Positions 41,646 through 50,663 of a DNA stretch of 50,725 bases are shown piece by piece. The stretch spans positions 1 through 50,725 of the forward strand of contig CAZULF010000002.1 of assembly GCA_964621215.1 (NCBI GenBank), given 5' to 3'. Within the stretch, counting starts at the first letter, position 1. The number at the start of each line of letters is the position of its first letter. The position numbers and the translations under genes are program-made. Below the pieces are notes generated by a model that was not told the DNA's origin, searched no databases, and saw only the letters and a list, made by a program, of their open reading frames with translations. This DNA is from an uncultured Legionellales bacterium. GTDB taxonomy: Bacteria > Pseudomonadota > Gammaproteobacteria > UBA1113.

Positions 41646-43037
41646 TTAAAATGGCAACTTCAAACTCGCATCTAACCCAAGCAACATCTCTCGAAAACTT
41701 TGTTGAATCCGCTCTAATCCTGATTGATTATCCGATTCAAAACGCAAAATTAAATATGGTGTGGTGTTAGAAGGTCGCACTAAACCCCAGCCATCGGCAA
41801 AATCAACACGTAAACCATCAATGGTATGTAAAATGGCTCCAGGAAAATTAGCAGCTTTAATCAACAATTCCATAAAGCCAAATTTTTTGCTTTCCGCCAT
41901 CGGTAATTTTAATTCGGGTGTATTAATACTATTGGGTATAGTTTGAAATAACTCCGCACTGCTAAGGGGTTGTTGGGTTAAAATTTCTAGCAAGCGTGCG
42001 CCAGTATACATTCCATCATCAAAACCGAACCAGCGTTCTTTAAAATAAATATGACCACTCATTTCACCCGATATCAGGGCACCACATTCATGCATTTTGT
42101 TTTTAATTAGAGAATGCCCAGTTTTATACATTAACGGCACGCCACCACTTTCTCGAATGATGTGAGCCAAATGTTTCGAACATTTTACATCATAAACGAC
42201 TAAATTACCAGGATTACGCGCAAGGATATCTTTAGCAAATAAGGCTAATTGGCGATCCGCCCAGATAATATCGCCCTCATTGGTGACCACACCTAAACGA
42301 TCGCCATCGCCATCAAAGGCAAAACCAATATCGGCCTGGGTTTCTTTTACTGTTTGAATTAAAGTGGTGAGATTTTCAGGGACGCTGGGATCGGGATGAT
42401 GATTCGGGAAATTACCGTCGATTTCTTCATATAAAGCAATCACTTCGCAGCCTAATGCGTTAAATAAACGGGGAGCTAATTCACCGGTCACACCATTACC
42501 GCAATCAAGAACAATTTTGACTGGCTGAGTCAGTTTAATATGATTAGTAATTTGTTCAATATAACGATCTTCAACGTCAGCGCTTTCTAATCGACCATGA
42601 CCTTGAGTAAAATCTTCATTCTGAATGCGGTGATAAAGGTGTTGAATATCTTCGGGAGTTAACGTCTTCTCGGCGATAACGATTTTAATGCCATTGTAGT
42701 TAGGAGGATTATGGCTGCCAGTTAATATGACGCCAGAAGAATGTCCGAGAATGTGTGTTGCATAATACAAGACGGGGGTAGGTTGCATGCCGATATCAAT
42801 CACATTACAGCCGGTAGATAATATGCCTTGTTGCAAGGCCATCATTAAATGCGGGCCCGAAAGGCGGCCATCGCGTGCAGTAATGATGCTCGTTTCACCT
42901 TGTGCTAATACTTCAGAACCTATCCCTCGGCCAATGGCATAGACGGAAGATTCATTTAATTGAGTTTCAACGATCCCTCGAATGTCATAAGCCCGAAAAA
43001 TTTCCTGCGCAATTTCCATGTTCTTTTGTACCATCAT
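41646..43037 (-). CDS. algC: phosphomannomutase/phosphoglucomutase
   Basis: TGSHNPPNYNGIK phosphoserine loop, DGDGDR metal loop and GEMSGH motif. Confidence 0.93.
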   Translation of the reverse strand: MMVQKNMEIAQEIFRAYDIRGIVETQLNESSVYAIGRGIGSEVLAQGETSIITARDGRLSGPHLMMALQQGILSTGCNVIDIGMQPTPVLYYATHILGHSSGVILTGSHNPPNYNGIKIVIAEKTLTPEDIQHLYHRIQNEDFTQGHGRLESADVEDRYIEQITNHIKLTQPVKIVLDCGNGVTGELAPRLFNALGCEVIALYEEIDGNFPNHHPDPSVPENLTTLIQTVKETQADIGFAFDGDGDRLGVVTNEGDIIWADRQLALFAKDILARNPGNLVVYDVKCSKHLAHIIRESGGVPLMYKTGHSLIKNKMHECGALISGEMSGHIYFKERWFGFDDGMYTGARLLEILTQQPLSSAELFQTIPNSINTPELKLPMAESKKFGFMELLIKAANFPGAILHTIDGLRVDFADGWGLVRPSNTTPYLILRFESDNQSGLERIQQSFREMLLGLDASLKLPF

Positions 43038-43132
43038 TAAGCTTTATAAAGAGCCACATTCTACATTTTCCTCGTGCTCACTGCAACGGAACATGAAAAA
43101 AATAACTTTTTTCTGAATTTCATGAAATTTCC

Positions 43133-43263
43133 GTAGCCTGGATGGAGCGCTAGCGAAATCCGGGGTGCATACCCCAAGGTCAGACCGTCGTCCCGCGGCT
43201 TGTCCGCGGGATCCAGAATACATCGTCATCCCCGGATTTCGCTAGCGCTCCATCCAGGCTACA
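43133..43263. repeat. composite nested element: REP-C arms enclosing a REP-D fragment and one REP-B module
   Basis: Arms are 43133-43165 and 43230-43263. The interior holds ccccaaggtc (REP-D-like) and cgtcgtcccgcggcttgtccgcgggatccag (43186-43216). Confidence 0.88.
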
Positions 43264-43322
43264 GGAACTAGAATACTTGCGAAAACCCGGTGGGTAGCGT
43301 ATTCTTTGCTCCTTATTCAATT

Positions 43323-43467
43323 GGAGAGGTACCGAAGTGGTCATAACGGCACCGACTCGACAAAAACGGCAGGATAGCCGTTTTGGACGCGCGAAGCGCG
43401 GGGCGCAGCCCCGAGGCACATGGATGTGCCGAGTCCAATCGGTCGGGGGCGTGAGCTCCCGACCATA
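43323..43467 (+). pseudogene. tRNA-Ser pseudo-copy: 5' half, 76-nt insert in the anticodon loop, altered variable arm, no T-arm
   Basis: 43323-43360 is identical to 43496-43533, and 43437-43449 (aatcggtcggggg) is identical to 43534-43546. No T-arm or 3' acceptor strand follows. Confidence 0.75.
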
Positions 43468-43495
43468 CAGACCTTGAGATAGAGATTTATGCATT

Positions 43496-43586
43496 GGAGA
43501 GGTACCGAAGTGGTCATAACGGCACCGACTCGAAATCGGTCGGGGGCTAACGCCCCACAAGGGTTCGAATCCCTTCCTCTCCGCCA
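43496..43586 (+). tRNA. tRNA-Ser (anticodon CGA)
   Basis: Manual cloverleaf: acceptor GGAGAGG/CCTCTCC, anticodon stem ACCGA/TCGGT with loop CTCGAAA, long variable arm, T-arm AAGGG-TTCGAAT-CCCTT, and an encoded GCCA end. Confidence 0.92.
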
Positions 43587-43609
43587 CTTCCTTAAATGGT
43601 AACTAACCT

Positions 43610-44269
43610 ATGGCTATCCCTATAAACAACATCGCCAGCTTTGATATCGACGCACAAAATTGCTTTACTCCCGTTTGCCCTAATGAACTACCCGTGCAAG
43701 ATGGAGAAAAAATTGTCGATGAGCTTAATCGACAGGCAAAATATGCTACCTATCGACTCGGCAGTAAAGATGCTCATTCTCCAGCCGCAAAGTGGATAGC
43801 AACAGCGGAGGCGCCGATATTTTCTCCGATAAAAGATGAAAATATCGATATGCGTTGGCCGTTACATGCGGTGCCCGGCACACAAGGATTTGAACTTATT
43901 CAAGGCTTACCCGCGGTAAAAGACTATAATTTTTTTGTTTGGAAAGGTATCGAACTAGATATGCATCCTTATGGTGCTTGCTACCATGATTTAAAGGGTA
44001 AGTTAAGTACTGGCGCAATTGAATTTTTACGAGCGCATCATGTCCAATTAGTTATTGTTGGTGGCTTGACAACAGAATACTGCGTGAAGACAACTGTGCT
44101 AGACTTATTGAAAGTGGGATTTCAAGTGATTGTGAATTTAGCAGCGTGCAGGGGCGTGACGCCAATACATGTTGAAACAGCGCTTCAAGAAATGCAGGCA
44201 GCGGGGGCTGTTATCGTTCAATCCGCAGCAGAGCTGCCAGATGTGATTAACAAGTTGGTATTACTGTGA
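43610..44269 (+). CDS. pncA: nicotinamidase / isochorismatase-family hydrolase
   Basis: 219 aa with catalytic-triad context (FDIDAQNCF Asp, conserved Lys, TEYCV Cys). Translationally coupled to pncB. Confidence 0.8.
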   Translation: MAIPINNIASFDIDAQNCFTPVCPNELPVQDGEKIVDELNRQAKYATYRLGSKDAHSPAAKWIATAEAPIFSPIKDENIDMRWPLHAVPGTQGFELIQGLPAVKDYNFFVWKGIELDMHPYGACYHDLKGKLSTGAIEFLRAHHVQLVIVGGLTTEYCVKTTVLDLLKVGFQVIVNLAACRGVTPIHVETALQEMQAAGAVIVQSAAELPDVINKLVLL

Positions 44270-45429
44270 TTATTAAATCGTTATTAGACACAGATTTTTA
44301 TAAGTTTACTATGATGCAAGTCGTGTTGCATCAGTTTCCTTCTGCTATGGTGGAGTATCGTTTTAAATGCCGCACCGAAGGTGTAGACTTGCGCCCCTAT
44401 GCGACAGAAATTCGCGATGAAATTAATCAACTGTGCCAATTACGTTTGACTCGAGATGAACTTCAATATCTTAGCAAAATCAGCTTTTTCAAAGATGACT
44501 TCATTGAGTTTTTAAGAATATTTGAATTGAACCCTGAGTTTGTGAATATTGACGCAAGCGGCGAAGAATTTGCTTTAACCATTCAAGGCCCCTGGTTACA
44601 TACTATTTTATTTGAAGTGCCCATATTGGCGATTATTAGCGAAGTATTTTATCGTAATACACAACCGCAAGCAGATTACGAAGAAGGTAAACGCCGGTTA
44701 CGCGACAAAATCACCTTTTTAAAAGAAAAAACTGCCGGCGAAGAATTTAAATTTACGGAATTTGGTACTCGCCGCCGTTTTTCAGGCGCATGGCATGCAC
44801 ATATTATTGAAGAGTTACAAAAAGAATTACGCAATAATTTAGTCGGAACCAGCAATGTTTTTTATGCTAAAGAATTTGGCTTGTCTCCGGTCGGCACCAT
44901 GGCACATGAATATTTACAAGCGTGCCAATCACTCGGCCCACGTTTGGCCTACAGTCAGAAGTTTGCTTTAAGTAAATGGGCACAAGAATATCGCGGTGAA
45001 CTAGGCATCGCATTGTCCGATGTGTTTGGTATGGATGCATTCTTAAAAGATTTCGATTTATATTTTTGCAAATTATTTGATGGCGCACGCCACGATTCCG
45101 GCGACCCATTTGAATGGGGAGAAAAATTATTAGCACATTATCGCCGTATGGGGATTGACCCTAAAACCAAAACCTTTGTTTTTAGCGATGGATTAAGTTT
45201 CGATTTAGCCGTGCAGTTATTCAATTACTTCCATAAACAAGTGAATGTCAGATTCGGTATTGGCACCTATCTAACAAATGATTTAAGCTACCCAGCCCTG
45301 CAAAATGTGATCAAAATGGTCTACTGCAATGGCCAACCCGTAGCCAAAGTCTCCGATTCTCCAGGCAAAACCATGTGCCCCGATCCATCGTATTTGGCGT
45401 ATTTGAAGCAGGTATTCAATATTACCTAA
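44266..45429 (+). CDS. pncB: nicotinate phosphoribosyltransferase
   Basis: [14 protein letters not shown]-terminus and the FGTRRR motif. GTG start overlapping the pncA stop. Confidence 0.92.
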   Translation: MIIKSLLDTDFYKFTMMQVVLHQFPSAMVEYRFKCRTEGVDLRPYATEIRDEINQLCQLRLTRDELQYLSKISFFKDDFIEFLRIFELNPEFVNIDASGEEFALTIQGPWLHTILFEVPILAIISEVFYRNTQPQADYEEGKRRLRDKITFLKEKTAGEEFKFTEFGTRRRFSGAWHAHIIEELQKELRNNLVGTSNVFYAKEFGLSPVGTMAHEYLQACQSLGPRLAYSQKFALSKWAQEYRGELGIALSDVFGMDAFLKDFDLYFCKLFDGARHDSGDPFEWGEKLLAHYRRMGIDPKTKTFVFSDGLSFDLAVQLFNYFHKQVNVRFGIGTYLTNDLSYPALQNVIKMVYCNGQPVAKVSDSPGKTMCPDPSYLAYLKQVFNIT

Positions 45430-45482
45430 TGCCGCCCGGATCCACTAACATTGAACACCCTCATTCAACGCGAGACCGGCGT

Positions 45483-45506
45483 AGGGGCAATTCACGAATT
45501 GCCCCT
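45483..45506. repeat. short GC-rich palindrome aggggcaattc-ac-gaattgcccct
   Basis: Perfect 11-bp arms. It is the only copy in the window and there is no T-tract, so it may be a different REP type rather than a terminator. Confidence 0.5.
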
Positions 45507-45657
45507 CTTAGCCTCTGTCCAAGCTCCACAAAAAGCCGTGAGTTAGCCGTCTATGGTTAAAAACCGACGGTATACATCAAAACAGAGCGATCAACCACGA
45601 CACCTTACAAACGACACCAACCAGATAAAATACCCCACCCCAAACAAAAATTACCCC

Positions 45658-45686
45658 TTGAGCAAATCCCCAAATATCTTTATACT
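45658..45686 (+). promoter_or_regulatory. candidate sigma70 promoter for tRNA-Thr
   Basis: TTGAGC, 17-nt spacer, TATACT, followed by a C-rich discriminator, about 60 nt upstream of the tRNA. Confidence 0.35.
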
Positions 45687-45745
45687 TCCCCCTTCCTTCC
45701 GAGGGATCATTTCCCCTCCCAAGGTGCCCATCATCACCATCCCAT

Positions 45746-45821
<76 letters not shown>

Positions 45822-45855
45822 AACTTAAAAGGCCCCCTAAACGGGGTAGAGCCAA

Positions 45856-46782
45856 TTAATAACAATCTAACAATGTCTGTTGTAATTTATCTTGTTCACA
45901 ATTGTATGGATTGCGTATCCAATCTTTAACAGATATAACAGTGTTATTTATAAATGCATATTCCTCTTTTACATTTATAGTATTAAATGGTATTTTATTT
46001 TTTGCATTAGGGTTATGAATCATAATAAAGTCATTAAAAACATCATGATCTGGAGAAGCATTTTTTCCTGAAATGATAACGGCACTTAGTGAAGCAAATC
46101 TCTTATCTAAAAAGATGTCTTTTCTTATTAAACTATCATTATGTTTTTGAATTGCGTCTTGGAGTGTTAAATATAGGGTATCATCAACTTCTTCTCTTGG
46201 ATCAATACTAAATCGGATGGCTGGAGGACCAAATGGAAAAAAGGTACCTATAATGTGATGGGGAATTAAATTAAAGCCTATTTTATTATAGTAAGAAATA
46301 AGATCACTAAAAGGAATCTCACCATATAAGCCAATTACGATAATAAATGGATCTGTTTTTTCAATTATACCCGTACTTAAATAGGCTTTATATCGTGCTT
46401 CTTTTTTAGGAGCTCCAATCATTTTTTCATGTAATGCATTTATTATCATTAATTGAATTTTCTGTATATCTGGAGTATGAACTCCCCCGTTTGTTTTGTC
46501 TTCTATGCGGTTTTCGTCAGATGAAAATTGATTTTGTGGAGTTGTACACTCAATGAAAATTTTTTCTTCGCCTCTATGAAGAAGAAAGTCAGGACTTGCT
46601 TTATTTTTTCGACTTGGAGAACTTAGATGAAAATCACTATTATTTTCGGCTAAAATTTTCGCAGTCAAAATTTCTGTATATTTAGTTGAAATGTACTTTG
46701 GAGATTTATCTAGTTTTCTAAGAAAATCTTTATCTAACACGTGAGAGTAGTTGGGATACCATTCATTTATTCGGTTTAACAT
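45856..46782 (-). CDS. hypothetical 308-aa protein, possible PD-(D/E)xK-like N-terminal nuclease fold
   Basis: The ATG at 46782 has a strong AAGGAG Shine-Dalgarno. The segment TEILTAKILAE...SPDFLL...KIFIECTT resembles an E...D...ExK-type core with the Lys replaced. I recognise no family. Confidence 0.6.
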   Translation of the reverse strand: MLNRINEWYPNYSHVLDKDFLRKLDKSPKYISTKYTEILTAKILAENNSDFHLSSPSRKNKASPDFLLHRGEEKIFIECTTPQNQFSSDENRIEDKTNGGVHTPDIQKIQLMIINALHEKMIGAPKKEARYKAYLSTGIIEKTDPFIIVIGLYGEIPFSDLISYYNKIGFNLIPHHIIGTFFPFGPPAIRFSIDPREEVDDTLYLTLQDAIQKHNDSLIRKDIFLDKRFASLSAVIISGKNASPDHDVFNDFIMIHNPNAKNKIPFNTINVKEEYAFINNTVISVKDWIRNPYNCEQDKLQQTLLDCY

Positions 46783-46831
46783 ATTTATCTCCTTTTGAAT
46801 ATAGTTAAGATGAGTACTTAAACATGGGGGC

Positions 46832-46923
46832 AAATAGCGAGGTAGCCCTCATTACACGCGTGATAATTTCGTTTTCTAACTTAATATCGAGACGCGTTTT
46901 AATGGGGGCTACCTCGCTTATTT
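46832..46923. repeat. long inverted repeat (about 23-bp arms, about 45-nt loop) between the two uncharacterised islet genes
   Basis: aaatagcgaggtagccctcatta (46832-46854) pairs with taatgggggctacctcgcttattt (46900-46923), with 1 indel and 1 mismatch. Confidence 0.8.
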
Positions 46924-46966
46924 TACATAACAATTTCATTAAGTAAGAAACATTTCCTAATAATCT

Positions 46967-47323
46967 TTACTGGCTAGATGGTTTACTCGATCTTAGACCA
47001 AGTGGAACAGAGAACTTGATACGATTGACCGCAGAGTTTTTTACAGTACTATTTGCCCCAATATTAGCTTCGAGGCCAAGTACTTTTACTCCAGCTTTGC
47101 CTCCATTGTTACCAGTAGTTTCAGCAGTAACTGCAACATCGAATTCAATCTGTTGGAAGTAGCGCCCCACAATGTGATCGTATGATACGTCAGTTTTTGT
47201 CGAGGTGCTTTTATTAAAAGGGAAGCATATTGCATCGCCTTGTTCCTTCAGTTCGATTCTAGCAGCGTCAACCCCATTTATGATAGAAACCAAAACACTG
47301 TTTATAAATTCTGTTAATTCCAT
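46967..47323 (-). CDS. small protein resembling the trypco2 (trypsin-co-occurring domain 2) family
   Basis: 118 aa. An N-terminal helix MELTEFINSVLVSIINGVDAARIELKE is followed by IEFDVAVTAETTGNNGGKAGVKVLGLEANIG...RIKFSVPL. This matches my recollection of the trypco2 pattern (helix, then beta strands around a GGxxG(V/I)K segment). Confidence 0.5.
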   Translation of the reverse strand: MELTEFINSVLVSIINGVDAARIELKEQGDAICFPFNKSTSTKTDVSYDHIVGRYFQQIEFDVAVTAETTGNNGGKAGVKVLGLEANIGANSTVKNSAVNRIKFSVPLGLRSSKPSSQ

Positions 47324-47532
47324 AATAAATCCTCATTATAATTAATAGATAAGGGATATATGAGGGCAAAGTTTTATTTTGCAAGCGGAAAATGTAATTT
47401 AAGTAATTAATTGGCAGCGACGTAGTAAGGGATTATCAGATTTTGCCGGAACAAAATGCTACTAGCTTTGGTTAGAAGATCGTGCGTTAAATAACAAATA
47501 TATCTTGAGGATCTTGTTTTCATTAATATGAG

Positions 47533-48519
47533 CTACATCACCATTAAATCATTATTCAGCGATATAAAAATATTTTTGCTGAGCGAATTAAGATTATCCA
47601 ACGCTTCTTCATAGGTTGGTTTCTTTTCGCCATAAACCATAGCTTGCATAAAATCACTCCAGTTTTTTGCCCACAGGGTATTTCCCTTGAGCGTTAATAA
47701 AGCACTCTTAATTTCCTCGACTGGATTCTTAGCATAATCTTTATTTTGATTTTTATAACGACTAACATCTTCATTGATAAGTCTGCTAATCAGTGTGTAA
47801 ACATCCTTATTCATGGCTTCTTTAGTCTTAATACAATAAAGATCGTAGATATGTCTCACTAATGTCGGATCAGAAAAAGCATCTGGTTTTCGATTGGCAT
47901 TTGCTGCTCTTCTGGTAAAAGCAACCCATTTTTCTGCGGCTGTTTCACTGACAGCAACACATGCCAACATTCTGCTTGGGTGCTCGGCGATATCGCCTAA
48001 AACTTGCTGAATTAAAGTTGTTATAGGCAATGATGAAATAGGTAGCTTTGATGTGACAACCATAAATTCAAGCTGTATATGCGGTCTCAGTACTAAATTT
48101 TTTTCATATAGCGAAGGATACAACAATGCAAATTGGAAATAATTACCAGCATCTCTAACCTTAAAATCCTCATCGGACACTGAAAACCCTAATCGCTTAA
48201 AGTGTGTAATTAGTTGCTCACGAAACTCACGTAATTTATTTCGTCGCTGGTTCAGACTGAGTTTTTCTCCCGCTTCAGTTAGATGAATACGAAAATCACA
48301 ATCTTCTGACATTCGTTCAACAATGCGGTGAGCCTTAGCAAGAGCAGTCCCGCCTTGAAAAACTAAGGTAAAATATTCGTTATTCAACTCTGATATTGCA
48401 TGAATAGCTCTAGTTACATGAAAATCTTTTTCAACGATGGATGGGGTATTAAGATTGAGTAAGTCGGTAGTTTCAATAACTAATGCATCTAACCTAATAG
48501 GATCATACGGAATACTCAA
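47533..48519 (-). CDS. abiEii: nucleotidyltransferase AbiEii/AbiGii-family toxin (DUF1814)
   Basis: 328 aa. FQGGTALAKAHRIVERMSEDCDFRI matches the GGTAL...R(F/M)SEDxDF NTase motif. It overlaps the upstream antitoxin gene by 17 nt. Confidence 0.8.
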   Translation of the reverse strand: MSIPYDPIRLDALVIETTDLLNLNTPSIVEKDFHVTRAIHAISELNNEYFTLVFQGGTALAKAHRIVERMSEDCDFRIHLTEAGEKLSLNQRRNKLREFREQLITHFKRLGFSVSDEDFKVRDAGNYFQFALLYPSLYEKNLVLRPHIQLEFMVVTSKLPISSLPITTLIQQVLGDIAEHPSRMLACVAVSETAAEKWVAFTRRAANANRKPDAFSDPTLVRHIYDLYCIKTKEAMNKDVYTLISRLINEDVSRYKNQNKDYAKNPVEEIKSALLTLKGNTLWAKNWSDFMQAMVYGEKKPTYEEALDNLNSLSKNIFISLNNDLMVM

Positions 48520-48928
48520 AAGGAAACTCCCTATTTTTATAGCTGACTTTTCGTCTAAAGCGTTTACCTATAATGGTAACTGGAGATGCTGGAATCTGAG
48601 TTGAGCGTCCTTCGTTATAGAGTCGTTCATATTCTGAAATAGCCCACGGTATACCCATCTTGGTGAGAGCTTCTCGCATAATTTCAATAAAACCGCGTGG
48701 TAAAATGGATTCACCTTTTCTGAATAGGGAGGGTCGTAGGGGCGCGTAAATACCATAGCCGAGACGCGCTAATCTACCTTTTTTTACAAGAGAAGATAAC
48801 GCTCGACTTAACTGCCTTTCAGAGCCGCCTAATTGAATTAAGTCACTCCGCAAAATAGCGATACTATCGGTGGACTCTATATTTTTCAATACAATATATT
48901 CAAATGAATCTTCATATTTAACTTTCAT
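48503..48928 (-). CDS. abiEi: AbiEi-family (type IV TA) antitoxin, short wHTH form
   Basis: ILRSDLIQLGGSERQLSRALSSLVKKGRLARLGYGIYA matches the AbiEi N-terminal wHTH pattern. The ATG at 48928 lies downstream of the promoter at 48959-48987, so the ORF-track start at 48997 would sit upstream of the -35. Confidence 0.72.
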   Translation of the reverse strand: MKVKYEDSFEYIVLKNIESTDSIAILRSDLIQLGGSERQLSRALSSLVKKGRLARLGYGIYAPLRPSLFRKGESILPRGFIEIMREALTKMGIPWAISEYERLYNEGRSTQIPASPVTIIGKRFRRKVSYKNREFPFEYSV

Positions 48929-48945
48929 GGTACTCACCAACCAAC

Positions 48946-49002
48946 AATGGACAATTAAAGTATATCTCTTTTTCATCGTTATGTCAAAAATGGACAATTA
49001 AA
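48946..49002 (-). promoter_or_regulatory. abiE promoter (TTGACA-17-TATACT) bracketed by two 14-bp direct repeats (putative AbiEi operators)
   Basis: The minus strand has -35 TTGACA (plus-strand coordinates 48982-48987) and -10 TATACT (48959-48964) with an exact 17-nt spacer. The repeat TTTAATTGTCCATT occurs at 48946-48959 and 48989-49002. Confidence 0.65.
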
Positions 49003-49132
49003 ATTGTTTCTAATATTTATAGGCAAAAATGGCGAATTATTGACAAATTAGGTATAAATTTACGAAAAGTATTAGAAACAAAATAGGCTATAACTCATTG
49101 AAAAACTTAATCTTTATTCCACTTGAAAACAA

Positions 49133-49180
49133 TGATTCGTAATCAGTAGGTCGGGGGTTCGACTCCTCTTTCCAGCACCA
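49133..49180 (+). repeat. attR-like partial tRNA-Thr copy (3' 48 nt)
   Basis: tgattcgtaatcagtaggtcgggggttcgactcctctttccagcacca matches the tRNA at 47 of 48 positions. Confidence 0.9.
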
Positions 49181-49232
49181 ACACCAGATTTAAAATGCCT
49201 CCTGATATGGGCTAGAGCCTAGTTTTCAGGAT

Positions 49233-50663
49233 TTATCTCACTAAAGGTGTCGTAGAAACATTTGCCTCGGTCATTGTGGGCGGAGTGAGCGGGCGTTGCC
49301 AAAATGTTTGACGTGCCAGATAATAACCCATAACGCAACCAGTAGCCGCAGCCACGGCTATCCCTAATGGACCACCGAGGACAGCCGCAACGGTGCTGAA
49401 AGCAGCAGCCGTCAGCACTATATGTGCAGCGTAATGCGTAAATATTTTTAAGTTATAACTGTGTTTGTATGTGTTAATATACTTTTCCACATGGTCGTGT
49501 AGTGCAGTGGGGTACAGTGGGCTTCGACAAAAAGTATCTAACGGAGTATTTTTTTCTATCGTTGTACTATGCATGTTTTTATAGTGGTTTCTACGAGAAG
49601 TCACGAGATATTGGACACAAGTATGGGTGTCAGTCGCAAAACTAATCATTTCCCGATATTCATTGACCAGTTGTAATAATGCTTTCGGATCCTGTCGGCG
49701 TGCATCATACTGTTTATGAGGGTCAGCAAACCACGTTCGGAGGTCATTACTGTTTTTTTGTTTATCTTCAAGTTGTTGAATGGCAACTTCCAGTGTTGGG
49801 ATGCTATTTGTTTCATAAACAGGTGCATTTTCCTGTCTCTGATAATACGCTAAAAGACATTTCAAGACCTGGATGGACTGCGTCAACAGTTGATTTAATG
49901 TCTCTAATTCGTTAAGTGTTGGACGTTGTTTATTGTTATTAACCGTATGCTCACTTATCTTAGCATCACAATCACAATACGCAACGAAATAAGCCACAGA
50001 TTTTAGAGCGCTTTGTCGTATTTCTTGCGAAATAATGGCTGTTTCTGTTGCGGTAATGTCCGATAAAAATGCATCAACCATGCGAATGGCATGTTCATAA
50101 TGAGCAGTATATTGTTCTGCCTCTGCCATATTGTGAGGTGGATTAGCCTCATCATGCCGCTGTTTTTCCTGCAGTTCTTGCAATAAGAAGTAGATGGTAT
50201 CCATCAAAACGGGGGCATTTTCTTTTTCTATACTGGTATGATAGCGGTATTTTGCTACTAAATCCGCAATTTTTTGTGCAAGACTATTTTTTGCAGTACT
50301 ATAACGTACAAAGAGGTTAATTGAGCTAAACGGTGAATGCACAAACGTATCGTTGCTCCTTATTTCCTCGATAACCGCATTGTTTGCTGTATTGGGCATT
50401 GACCGCAATTTTCCTATCACTTTTCTCGCCTGAGAATAATGACTTATACGATTATTTAATGTGGCAATATTATTGGTCGGATTAGCATCGTACTGGTTTT
50501 GTATTTCTTGCAGCTCCAACAATAAAAAGTCGATGATAGTTGGTAAGTATGTATATTCCAATGAAGTCGCAGGAATACGTTTTTTCTTCTTATTTAGCTG
50601 ATCGATTTCTTTGCTGAGGGCGTACTGTAAGTAGGGCAATAGAGTCGTATTTATTAATTTCAA
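49233..50663 (-). CDS. paralog of the C-terminal (non-kinase) region of the 1016-aa kinase protein; may be truncated or frameshifted at the window edge
   Basis: It aligns by eye along its whole length with kinase residues from about 545 to 1016, including both FLLxELQE modules, the KALLQLVNEYREM block and the bilobed hydrophobic domain. An in-frame TAA lies at 50709-50711. Confidence 0.75.
   Translation of the reverse strand: MKLINTTLLPYLQYALSKEIDQLNKKKKRIPATSLEYTYLPTIIDFLLLELQEIQNQYDANPTNNIATLNNRISHYSQARKVIGKLRSMPNTANNAVIEEIRSNDTFVHSPFSSINLFVRYSTAKNSLAQKIADLVAKYRYHTSIEKENAPVLMDTIYFLLQELQEKQRHDEANPPHNMAEAEQYTAHYEHAIRMVDAFLSDITATETAIISQEIRQSALKSVAYFVAYCDCDAKISEHTVNNNKQRPTLNELETLNQLLTQSIQVLKCLLAYYQRQENAPVYETNSIPTLEVAIQQLEDKQKNSNDLRTWFADPHKQYDARRQDPKALLQLVNEYREMISFATDTHTCVQYLVTSRRNHYKNMHSTTIEKNTPLDTFCRSPLYPTALHDHVEKYINTYKHSYNLKIFTHYAAHIVLTAAAFSTVAAVLGGPLGIAVAAATGCVMGYYLARQTFWQRPLTPPTMTEANVSTTPLVR

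Noticed and set aside
43180-43587. 135-aa minus-strand ORF
   Set aside because: It runs antisense through tRNA-Ser, its pseudo-copy and a REP composite. It is an artefact of GC-rich structured DNA.
45483-45506. Palindrome after pncB as an intrinsic terminator
   Set aside because: The stem is strong but the loop is only 2 nt and no U-tract follows. It is more likely a REP-type palindrome and is listed only as a repeat.
45822-49132. Search for an integrase, excisionase or transposase within the tRNA-Thr islet
   Set aside because: None of the four ORFs or the intergenic frames shows tyrosine or serine recombinase motifs. The islet is therefore called a remnant or satellite, not an intact integrative element.
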